Virus record (IMG/VR): IMGVR_UViG_3300047994_000103 | Span: 1-39,878 of that record | Reading direction: 5' to 3' (one strand) | Length of the DNA: 39,878 nucleotides | From: a virus | Shown: positions 31,712 to 39,360 of the stretch, in pieces | Layout of the letters: each line of letters begins with the position of its first letter | How positions within the stretch are numbered: position 1 is the stretch's first letter | The notes under the pieces: model-generated | What the model saw: only the letters and a program-made list of their open reading frames with translations | Database searches by the model: none | What the model was told of the DNA's origin: nothing | Made by a program: the position numbers and the translations under genes

Positions 31712-32899
31712 TTATTTTGTTGCTAGGAAGAAAGTGCCGTCCGCGTAGGTTTTCTGCGTGACGAGTCCAGTTCGACAAGCACTCTTGACGACTTCCTCGA
31801 ACCGAGTCGCCGTCATAAAACGAACAAATGGTTTATAGGCGTCCGCGTAGCTGATTTTCTTTTCCCTCCCGACGAGATTTATAAAATTCTCGATGGCGCG
31901 TGTGTCGTCGGAAAGTCCGATGTGACCGAAGACCTTGGGCATGTCAGTTTCTGCGGCATCCAGCATGGATTTAGCGGTTTCTAACGTTTCAAGAGTGATG
32001 ATTTTGGAATCGCCCTCCGCCGCACTTAGAATCATCGCTAGTTTATGCAAATGGGTTTGTTTGCGCGCAAAGTAGCCTTGAATGTTGTGGTCGCCCTTGT
32101 CGGTGTTATCGTTGTGTTCGGCATACCACGCTTCACCCCATGCGATTGCTTGACGAGTAAGCGAGAATTCCCCTTCAAGCTGTGAGATTGAAAGTAAATC
32201 TTCAACAAGTCGGGGAGCCATTTCTCGTATTTCGGCCGCCCCCGCATGGTAGCCCGGATATGCCATGTAGTGACGTTTCTTTTCCCCATAGACAAACACG
32301 CACCGGGAAGTAAAGCCGCCTCCGATCATATATTGCGGAAACGTGCCACTGATCCATTCGGGAGTAGTACAGCCGAGAATGTTGATCCATGGATTTACGA
32401 TAGATTCATTCCCCATGGTTTTTGTGACCTTCGTCACTTCGCCTCGCCGGCAATCCCATAAATTTACGAGCATGTCGACCATTTGCGTGTCTTGCGGATT
32501 GATGAGATTCCCAAGCTCGCTGGACACGATTGTCATCGCGGACATCTCATCTAGCGTGCCGTCGGCGCGTTCAATAACTGACCGACAGCCCTCGAACGAC
32601 TTAACAAGCGCCTGCCATGTCACCGAGTGTGGGCCGAAAAAAATCTCTGGCAACTGCTTCAAAAGGTCCATTCCAATCGATGCCGTGGTCGACTTCGAGA
32701 CGATCCCGGGCGGAGCAACAAACACAATATAGAAGTTAGGAACCCAATCGAAGTGCCCCATCGAGATTTGGCACCGCCGCCGCATCGCGCCCGCGATGAT
32801 GCTTACTCCGGTCCAGAAGTGGAATTTGTCCGGCGACTCGCTCAACGACGAATACTCCATGTAGGCTCTGAGCAAGTTCGGGTAGTTACGTTTGCTCAA
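31712..32899 (-). CDS. DUF3987-like replication ATPase (putative helicase)
   Basis: 395 aa; TTG start with GGAG 7 nt upstream. P-loop-like VAPPGIVSKST. SELGNL ... LWDCRRGE ... GGGFTSRCVF pattern as in DUF3987 primase-associated ATPases. Confidence 0.5.
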   Translation of the reverse strand: MSKRNYPNLLRAYMEYSSLSESPDKFHFWTGVSIIAGAMRRRCQISMGHFDWVPNFYIVFVAPPGIVSKSTTASIGMDLLKQLPEIFFGPHSVTWQALVKSFEGCRSVIERADGTLDEMSAMTIVSSELGNLINPQDTQMVDMLVNLWDCRRGEVTKVTKTMGNESIVNPWINILGCTTPEWISGTFPQYMIGGGFTSRCVFVYGEKKRHYMAYPGYHAGAAEIREMAPRLVEDLLSISQLEGEFSLTRQAIAWGEAWYAEHNDNTDKGDHNIQGYFARKQTHLHKLAMILSAAEGDSKIITLETLETAKSMLDAAETDMPKVFGHIGLSDDTRAIENFINLVGREKKISYADAYKPFVRFMTATRFEEVVKSACRTGLVTQKTYADGTFFLATK

Positions 32900-35300
32900 A
32901 GAATTTCTCCGGCGAGATGCACTCTCCCCACGACACTGATGACATCTTGCAATCGACCGGGATTACCAGAGGAATTTTGTAGGGAATTTCTACTAACAAA
33001 CACTCCTTGATACGTTGGATGTTTTCAAGTGTACACATCGACTCCGGAATCTGAACCACAACCGAGTCGTGGACTTGCAACAATAATTGCACCCAAAGTA
33101 GCTCTATGGCAATACGCAAGAGCCCCTTGTTGATTGTGATAGCAACAGTAGACTGGCCGACCCACGCAGTTGCCTGCGTCAAAAGCGTTTCGAGCCGGTC
33201 GAAATATATTCGCTGGAATCCCCATCGGTTCTTTACCCGGCGTGTTGTCCGCAAATCTCGGTCGATCGAAGTGTGCCATTGCGGAATCTCCGGGTTTTCT
33301 TTGAAATACCATTTCTTTAGGGCATCGATTTCGCTTCGCGGCAAGCCTGTGTTTGCTGAGATTGTATTTACGCCGCCAACGTAATCGAGGGCATGAGCGA
33401 CGGTTTTCATCGTCTGGCGATCAGGGTGTTTCTTTCCTTGGTAGGGAGTGTTGGTGCGGCGTGCAGCAAGCGTCCCATAAACGTCTTCGCCTGCATCGAT
33501 GATGGCTTGAAGTTTGCGTGCGCCGGATTCTTTGATGACCACGCGCAAGTCGGCTGACGACAAATCGAAGTCGAGAATCACATGGCCCGGGTCGGGGACA
33601 AACATACCACGGACGTTGAGGTCGGAAGATCGGGGGATATTTTGCAAATTCAAGCCCGAGCCGAAAACATTTTGAGACGAGGAGAAGCGGAATGTTTCCG
33701 TTCCGCTTACGTTATAGGAGCAGCGCATCCGGCCGTCTTCGTCGACTTTGGCTTCTAGAAACGTCGAGGAAAAAGTATCAAGGGACGAGTATTCCGCAAG
33801 ATATTCGCACAGCAGTGTCAAGCCCGGTTTCTGGGCCGCAATCTTGACGAGTGCTTCTTCATCGACAGTGGGCTTTTGGGTCTTGCGATTCAGAATCGGC
33901 TTAATGCCCATTTCCCCATAAAACAGCTTTATCATTTGTTGGGGTGAGCGGAACCACTCGGATGTCTTCGGCCCCGAGCCAACACGGTCCCCGACAATCT
34001 CGCGGAAAAACTTTTCCAGCACAGCTTTGCGGTCCCCGATGCGCTTGCGCAGCGCAGCGCGCTGCTGAGAATCAACGCGAACGCCGCGAACCATCATATC
34101 GAGAACTGGATGGAAAAGAGACAATTGAAAGCGATACTGTTCACCTAGCCCCATTTTCTCTACGATCTGTTTGAGGTTTTGCCAGACCTCGTAGGTGTAA
34201 CAAACGTCCTTGCAATTGTATAGCTTGAATTTTTCTTCGTCATCTGGCAGTCGCCGGTAGTCTTTCAACTCGTCCTTCCAATAGCAGTAGGGAGAACCGT
34301 ACATTGACGCTAGAAAGTCGAGAGACTTTTTCTGGCCCGGAAATGCAACGTGCTGCATCCACATTGTGTCATCGGCAATGTGCGCGTAGATGCCGAGATG
34401 GCGAAGGAAGAATTGCGTGTCGTAGTGGAAGTTCTGGCCGATCACGCCGCATTCCGGGTCTTGCATCAGGGCACGCAGTGCCTCCACGATGGCTTGTTCG
34501 TCATCGCGGCTCCAATAACAATTGTCCTCTGTGTATTTGGTCATCAGCGGAATGCACATGGCGTTGTCGACGGAGTTACCAAGGGCGATCAACGAAATGT
34601 TGCGTCCGGTTGTTTCGATGTCGCACGCGAAAGGGCGCTTCGCGGCGCGCAAGTCGGCGAGGTATGTCAATACCTCGGGCAGTGTTGGATTCGTCGAGAA
34701 TTGGTAATCGCGTTCGGGCCACCAGTCGTTCATGGTGCCTTTTTGCGCCTTGCGCAGATCATGGACGGCGATCGATCTCCATGTCCATTGACGCAACACA
34801 AGCTCCGGATGCAGAGTAGGCATTACGCGGCAGATGGGAACGTCCGGCGAAAATATCGGGGCTTTTTCGTCAATCTGCATCATCGAGCCGCGCCACGAAG
34901 TGATAGCGGTCTCTCCTGTCAAGGCCCACAGCGCCGTGCCCCCGAGGGCAATAATCATCTTCGGCTGCATTTCAATAATGAGGGCTTGCAGGTCTTTCAA
35001 ACCTTCGGCAATTTCGGAAGAATAATATACGCCGTGCCACGACTCGAAGCCTTTAGCTTTTCCCTGTGCCGCGCTTTTCGGCATGAAGTTTGTTATGTCA
35101 TTCCCTTCGGGACGCCAGCCCGTGACGTTGGCGAGCCTGCAACGGCCACGCGCGATCCCGGCTTCTGCCAGCATACGGGTCAACTCTTGCCCGCTGACTC
35201 CAACGAAAGGTTGCCCGATTTTCTCCTCATCTGCTCCCGGCGCTTCTCCAACAATCAAAATCTCTGCATCGCGTGGGCCCCAAGCCGGCACCTTAGGCAT
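32886..35300 (-). CDS. Family A DNA polymerase with 3-5 exonuclease and an N-terminal UDG-like domain
   Basis: UDG motifs: GEAPGADEEKIGQPFVGVSG and HPELVLR. Exonuclease motifs: FACDIETTG, NFHYD, YNCKD. Polymerase motifs: A = LDFDLSSADLRV, B = RQTMKTVAHALDYVGG, C = LQVHDS. Confidence 0.93.
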   Translation of the reverse strand: MPKVPAWGPRDAEILIVGEAPGADEEKIGQPFVGVSGQELTRMLAEAGIARGRCRLANVTGWRPEGNDITNFMPKSAAQGKAKGFESWHGVYYSSEIAEGLKDLQALIIEMQPKMIIALGGTALWALTGETAITSWRGSMMQIDEKAPIFSPDVPICRVMPTLHPELVLRQWTWRSIAVHDLRKAQKGTMNDWWPERDYQFSTNPTLPEVLTYLADLRAAKRPFACDIETTGRNISLIALGNSVDNAMCIPLMTKYTEDNCYWSRDDEQAIVEALRALMQDPECGVIGQNFHYDTQFFLRHLGIYAHIADDTMWMQHVAFPGQKKSLDFLASMYGSPYCYWKDELKDYRRLPDDEEKFKLYNCKDVCYTYEVWQNLKQIVEKMGLGEQYRFQLSLFHPVLDMMVRGVRVDSQQRAALRKRIGDRKAVLEKFFREIVGDRVGSGPKTSEWFRSPQQMIKLFYGEMGIKPILNRKTQKPTVDEEALVKIAAQKPGLTLLCEYLAEYSSLDTFSSTFLEAKVDEDGRMRCSYNVSGTETFRFSSSQNVFGSGLNLQNIPRSSDLNVRGMFVPDPGHVILDFDLSSADLRVVIKESGARKLQAIIDAGEDVYGTLAARRTNTPYQGKKHPDRQTMKTVAHALDYVGGVNTISANTGLPRSEIDALKKWYFKENPEIPQWHTSIDRDLRTTRRVKNRWGFQRIYFDRLETLLTQATAWVGQSTVAITINKGLLRIAIELLWVQLLLQVHDSVVVQIPESMCTLENIQRIKECLLVEIPYKIPLVIPVDCKMSSVSWGECISPEKFFEQT

Positions 35301-35601
35301 AAATTGTTCCTCGAAAATTGCAAGGTTTAGTCGAACGCAATTCTACTTCGCGCACCAATAACTCATCTGGAATACCAAACTCCCTGTATGCTAGATCAAT
35401 TGTTGAAAGCGACCCATTCCCACATGCAGCACAACAATGCGTTACAGAGGTGTAGCCGGAGAACCTTTCGGGTTCCATCCACATCCATGCTTCTCCACAA
35501 AGATGACAAACAAAAACAACCCCCGGAGGCACCACATCAGAAAAATATTCCAGCCATGATACCGCCGGGGGGTGTCCCGAGATGCGAATCGTTTGTTGCA
35601 T
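35293..35601 (-). CDS. Small zinc-ribbon protein (102 aa)
   Basis: Track ORF 35293-35637 trimmed to ATG 35601 (TAATG overlap). CHLC ... CAAC cysteine pairs. Overlaps the polymerase start by 8 nt. Confidence 0.55.
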   Translation of the reverse strand: MQQTIRISGHPPAVSWLEYFSDVVPPGVVFVCHLCGEAWMWMEPERFSGYTSVTHCCAACGNGSLSTIDLAYREFGIPDELLVREVELRSTKPCNFRGTIYA

Positions 35602-35855
35602 TACTTCTTGCGTTTTACCAAGGGTGCAGCAGGACAAGTTGAGGAAAACAGCTTTTGGTGGTAGGCGTCACGTTGAGCCTGATCGATCAAAAGGGCTTCG
35701 ACTTTGGCGTTCAGCAAATTGACAACTTCCAAAGCCCCGAGTTTGCTAATGGCGAATTCAACAGCGGCAGCAAGGTCGCTTTGCGCGCCGATGCGTTGGG
35801 TTCGGACGTTTTCACCAAGAGATGCGGCGCTTGCCGCGAGACGTTTGTTAGACAC
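35601..35855 (-). CDS. Hypothetical protein (84 aa)
   Basis: ORF track; GTG start 19 nt downstream of the tRNA 3-prime end. Confidence 0.5.
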   Translation of the reverse strand: MSNKRLAASAASLGENVRTQRIGAQSDLAAAVEFAISKLGALEVVNLLNAKVEALLIDQAQRDAYHQKLFSSTCPAAPLVKRKK

Positions 35856-35874
35856 AGTAATCTCAGTTTGAAAG

Positions 35875-35948
35875 TGGATCGCGGTCAGGGACTCGAACCC
35901 CGATTGACAGGATCAAAACCTGTAGTTCTGCCATTGAACTAACCGCGA
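35875..35948 (-). tRNA. tRNA-Gln (anticodon UUG), CCA encoded
   Basis: Folded by hand as TCGCGGT TA GTTC AATGGCA GAAC T ACAGG TTTTGAT CCTGT CAAT CGGGG TTCGAGT CCCTG ACCGCGA T CCA. All four stems pair. U8, A14, GG, U33, A37 and T-loop TTCGA are present. U1-A72 as in bacterial tRNA-Gln. Confidence 0.9.
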
Positions 35949-36050
35949 AAATTCCTGAAAAGTGGGGAGTACGAGGTTCCCAGGCTTTGCCCTAGGTGGT
36001 CTAGGGTTCCCGAACAAGCATTTAACGTCTCGCCTGTAAGACATATCGCA

Positions 36051-36530
36051 TTACTTCTTCGCCGTTACCCGCTTGACCTGCTCGTAGATCACTTCGGGAT
36101 TGTTCTTGTTAGGAACATGGTCCACCACAATGACATACGGGCCAGTATGCAAGAGGTTGTTGAACGACCACGGCTGACCTAGCTTGTTCTGACCTGCCGC
36201 TTCGCGCAAACGACCAAGGGCGACGTTCTTGCCCTTGCGCACGTCCAGCTTGCCAGTCGTAGGGTCAAGATCAAGATTCAGGCCGTACTTGACGCGCAGG
36301 GTCGAACGCCCGATCTTTTCCGACAGGACCGGATCATTGATTTCAAAAAACAGATCAATCGCCGCGAAGTCGTACTCGTTGCCGCTCGAACTGGTCCCAC
36401 TGATGCGCCGCGCCTTGCCGACTTCGGTCAGGATCGCGTCGTATTCTCCTGCGGGGATCAGTTCGATGGTCGTGGACATCTGACCGTCGATCGTATCCTG
36501 CACAAACTGGTCTGGGTTAAAGTCTTCCAT
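36051..36530 (-). CDS. DUF669-like phage ssDNA-binding protein (tentative)
   Basis: 159 aa. IELIPAGEYDAILTEVGKA...AAIDLFFEINDP resembles the DUF669 pattern. Sits next to the Sak4-like ATPase and Cas4-like nuclease as in known recombination modules. Confidence 0.55.
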   Translation of the reverse strand: MEDFNPDQFVQDTIDGQMSTTIELIPAGEYDAILTEVGKARRISGTSSSGNEYDFAAIDLFFEINDPVLSEKIGRSTLRVKYGLNLDLDPTTGKLDVRKGKNVALGRLREAAGQNKLGQPWSFNNLLHTGPYVIVVDHVPNKNNPEVIYEQVKRVTAKK

Positions 36531-36598
36531 TGTAATGCTCCTGTTGTGTTGCGAAAAATTGTTTGTTGCGTTTGGGTCGAGGGTGAGAGTTGTCTAAG

Positions 36599-37423
36599 TC
36601 ATGGGTTGCGTTTTCTCCATTCGGTTGCAAGTAGTTTGAAAGATGGTTCGAGCTTCTCGCTCAACGGCAACATGCGTTTCTTCACGTCAACGTTGCGCTC
36701 TGCATTTGACCACGAAAAGGTTGCCCCGTCGCGTTTCAGGTAGATAACTTCGTCGAAAAAGCGGCCAAGTTTGGGTGCGAGCTTGCGGCCGATAGTCGAG
36801 GCCATGATGTCGACGGCTCCCGTGATCTCGTTTGTTTCTTTCTCAACATGCGCGGTCAACACGAACCAGCATTTCAGCGTCATGGCGAGGGAATTAACGG
36901 TCGATTCCAAGAGCTTTTGGATAACGCCATAGTCGGAAACATTCAAAGCCGGCCGGGTGCCAACAAACGAATTGATCGCCATCAGCGTAAGGCCCGAAAG
37001 CGAATCCACGATGAAGGCGCGGTCCGCGCCCCACGATGTCACCGGGCCGAATTCCTGTCCGGTGCGCTGACACTTGAAGTTCTTGCAAAGGGACACGAAG
37101 TCGAGCATTTGGCGGAATTCATTACGCGAGACTTTCATCTCGGCCAGACCTTTGAAGTCCATGGTGTTGATCTGGCGCGCTTGCTGTTCCAGCATGTCGA
37201 GCGTCAGCGGGACCGGAGGCAAGTAGTGCCAGTGCAGTTTGTCTTTCGGCAAGTCGCCAAGCACGGACTCGATTCCGGGCTCGGTTGCGAGAACAAAACA
37301 TTCGACGCCCTCGGCAATCAAGGATCGAATGGAATGCGTTTTGCCGCTGCCGCTTGCGGCCATCAACATAACGTTGGGACCACGGCGTTCAGGGATGTGG
37401 GGAATGTGTGTTGTGTCGTTCAT
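36599..37423 (-). CDS. Sak4-like / AAA_24 RecA-fold ATPase
   Basis: Walker A MLMAASGSGKTHS and Walker B AFIVDSLSG. 274 aa. Confidence 0.8.
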   Translation of the reverse strand: MNDTTHIPHIPERRGPNVMLMAASGSGKTHSIRSLIAEGVECFVLATEPGIESVLGDLPKDKLHWHYLPPVPLTLDMLEQQARQINTMDFKGLAEMKVSRNEFRQMLDFVSLCKNFKCQRTGQEFGPVTSWGADRAFIVDSLSGLTLMAINSFVGTRPALNVSDYGVIQKLLESTVNSLAMTLKCWFVLTAHVEKETNEITGAVDIMASTIGRKLAPKLGRFFDEVIYLKRDGATFSWSNAERNVDVKKRMLPLSEKLEPSFKLLATEWRKRNP

Positions 37424-37447
37424 GATATGCTCGGGTGGAGTGAAGGG

Positions 37448-38362
37448 TTAGAGTTTGTCAAGAGGGTTCCATCTGCGTTCAACGTAGTCCGATTTCCATT
37501 GTTCCGGCTGTGGGGAATTGCAGAGGCGTTTGAAAGGGCAACCGGCGAAAGAGTTGCAAGCGTCGTCTAGGTCCATGTCAGGTTCGCCACTTTTCCAGAC
37601 TTCAATCATTCGATCGACGTTGCGTTGCAACTGGCGAAGCCACTGTTCGATCTTCCAGTCTTCACGATAGGTGATTGATTGGGCTGATCCAAAGCCATTT
37701 TTCAGGAAAGAAATGCCCCGGACGACCGCACCGCCGACTGGATAGCCGTACTCGCGGGCGGCCCATGCGTACCCGGTGAATTGCGAACGCATTTCCCATT
37801 GGTCGCTCCACGATGCCCCGAGTTGTTTAGTGGTTTTCTCGTCCACAACAAACAAAGTGTTGTTGTACACGCCCATCATGTCAAAGCGGCCAGCATACAA
37901 AAGTGGGTCGCCCGTGACAGGGTGAAAGCGATGAGGAATAGGAATTGCGAAAGAAAATTCGACACTGATGTTTCCGCCTTCGATCAGGGGTTGAATTGGG
38001 TCGGTTGTCGGTTCCCATGTGAACAGATAGAAGTCGATGGCATCCATCAAGGCATCGAGAGACTTGGCTTCGGTCTGGCCCTCGGACCACGAAAACATCG
38101 GCTCGTAGTCGCCCCATTCCACGACCATGGCGATCCGGGCCGACTCCACGGCTTCGATCTGCGTCTTGCCCATCAAAAAGAATTCCTTGCGGAAGACTTC
38201 GAGTCCTCGGGCGAACGTGGCCCCTGCGTGCAAGTGGATCGAATGGTGCTTGAGCGAAAGTCCTTCAACAAACTCGTAGAAGAATTTCTGCTCGCATGAG
38301 GCGAAGGTCTTTCGGATGGTACTGTCGATTGCTGTTGGAAATGGCAAATTATGCTTGGGCAT
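37448..38362 (-). CDS. PD-(D/E)XK exonuclease, Cas4/RecB-like with Fe-S cysteines
   Basis: N-terminal Cys in FASCEQKFFYEF. Catalytic LFVVDEKTTKQ. C-terminal CNSFAGCPFKRLC cluster. Confidence 0.85.
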   Translation of the reverse strand: MPKHNLPFPTAIDSTIRKTFASCEQKFFYEFVEGLSLKHHSIHLHAGATFARGLEVFRKEFFLMGKTQIEAVESARIAMVVEWGDYEPMFSWSEGQTEAKSLDALMDAIDFYLFTWEPTTDPIQPLIEGGNISVEFSFAIPIPHRFHPVTGDPLLYAGRFDMMGVYNNTLFVVDEKTTKQLGASWSDQWEMRSQFTGYAWAAREYGYPVGGAVVRGISFLKNGFGSAQSITYREDWKIEQWLRQLQRNVDRMIEVWKSGEPDMDLDDACNSFAGCPFKRLCNSPQPEQWKSDYVERRWNPLDKL

Positions 38363-38618
38363 TGGAGTTTTCGATGGCTTCGGCGAGTGCGGTTTGGGTG
38401 ACAGGCGATGGGCTAGGTTCGACGATCAATGTTGTGTCGGAAATGCGAAAGCGAATTTTTGAGAGTTCGTTGTAGAGAGGGTGATTCTCACGGCGCATTT
38501 TTGCGCGTTGAATGTAGATCAAGCGACGGGCGGCATAGGCCCGGTCGTAGGAGCCGAATGGCAACTCGAAGGGGGCCTTGCAAACAAACGACCGGATTTC
38601 ATCGTCGGATAGTGTCAC
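38349..38618 (-). CDS. Hypothetical protein (89 aa)
   Basis: ORF track; GTG start in a GTGA overlap with the upstream stop. Confidence 0.55.
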   Translation of the reverse strand: MTLSDDEIRSFVCKAPFELPFGSYDRAYAARRLIYIQRAKMRRENHPLYNELSKIRFRISDTTLIVEPSPSPVTQTALAEAIENSNAQA

Positions 38619-38857
38619 AGGCCCATATCCTCGAATGAGATGGATTGTATGTTCGTGACGGGGGCGACTTTAGGTGCTCCGCCCTTGCGAGATGCCGGCT
38701 TGGTCGAGGCAACGTATTCGGAACGTCGGATACGGATTGCATCGACGTGGGCACGCAAGCGCTCCATGTTAGCGGCTTGCCATGCTTCGAGGTTGCCCTC
38801 ACGCTTCGCGTGAGCGATTTCCTTGGCAAGTTCGATTCCATCGAGGTCGAGGCTCAT
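38615..38857 (-). CDS. Hypothetical protein (80 aa), first gene downstream of the promoter
   Basis: AGGAG 9 nt upstream of ATG 38857. Confidence 0.6.
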   Translation of the reverse strand: MSLDLDGIELAKEIAHAKREGNLEAWQAANMERLRAHVDAIRIRRSEYVASTKPASRKGGAPKVAPVTNIQSISFEDMGL

Positions 38858-38882
38858 GGGGTATAGCTCCTGTTATGTGAAC

Positions 38883-38911
38883 ATCGTATCACACAGAACG
38901 ATCTATGTCAA
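38883..38911 (-). promoter_or_regulatory. sigma70-type promoter with extended -10 (leftward), twin of 2293-2321
   Basis: Minus strand TTGACA (38911-38906), 17-nt spacer, TACGAT (38888-38883), TG at -15/-14. Overlaps the last codons and stop of the RHH gene. Confidence 0.6.
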
Positions 38912-39101
38912 GCGTTTGTTGGGACATTTTTCGTGTTTCAAGCCACTCGGTCAGCAACGTGCAAACCAACGCGGATCGGCACCCGTACATATTGCCTCCG
39001 TTTGTTTTTTCGAGTTCCTTGAAAACTTGCCGGGAAAGTTCGGCTGGAACGTGGAAGTTCCACGACACAGGCGCGTCATCCGTCAATCGTTTTCGTGCCA
39101 C
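38889..39101 (-). CDS. Ribbon-helix-helix (Arc/CopG-like) DNA-binding protein
   Basis: GTG start with AAGGAG 7 nt upstream. VSWNFHVPAELSRQVFKELEK ... RSALVCTLLTEWL fits a strand-helix-helix pattern. Confidence 0.6.
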   Translation of the reverse strand: MARKRLTDDAPVSWNFHVPAELSRQVFKELEKTNGGNMYGCRSALVCTLLTEWLETRKMSQQTLDIDRSV

Positions 39102-39267
39102 GGATTTTCTCCTTTATCGGGGTGAAGTAAATATCGATGGTGAGGGTGCCGTAGTAGATTTTGTTGAGAATGTCGTGCGTGGAACCATCCGGGGCGCAAT
39201 TCGCGGGGATTTTGTATGTTGCAAACAAATCTTCAAGAAAAGAAGCCTTAGAAAGTAGGTCGATCAT
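39076..39267 (-). CDS. Hypothetical protein (63 aa)
   Basis: ORF track; GGAG upstream of ATG 39267. The 3-prime end overlaps the RHH gene start by 26 nt. Confidence 0.45.
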   Translation of the reverse strand: MIDLLSKASFLEDLFATYKIPANCAPDGSTHDILNKIYYGTLTIDIYFTPIKEKIRGTKTIDG

Positions 39268-39360
39268 TTATGTTGCTCCGGGTGTTGTAGGGAAACATTG
39301 TAATTGGTAGCTAAAATTCTTAAAAGTGCGGCACCAGTCGTTCAAGCCGATTCGCTTCGC

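Noticed and set aside
34350-35330. Long antisense ORFs opposite well-supported genes (34350-35330 + opposite the polymerase, 36848-37570 +, 7877-8506 +, 24583-25353 -, 25500-26147 -, 3951-4327 alternative frames)
   Set aside because: They are mirror-frame ORFs typical of GC-rich or compositionally biased coding DNA. The opposite-strand genes carry clear catalytic motifs or synteny, and these ORFs lack SDs and protein-like composition.
38889-39267. Lysogeny module (repressor/Cro/integrase) around the RHH gene
   Set aside because: No integrase, excisionase, CI-like HTH-peptidase repressor or att-like sequence was recognised anywhere in the circle. The RHH protein alone does not establish a temperate lifestyle.
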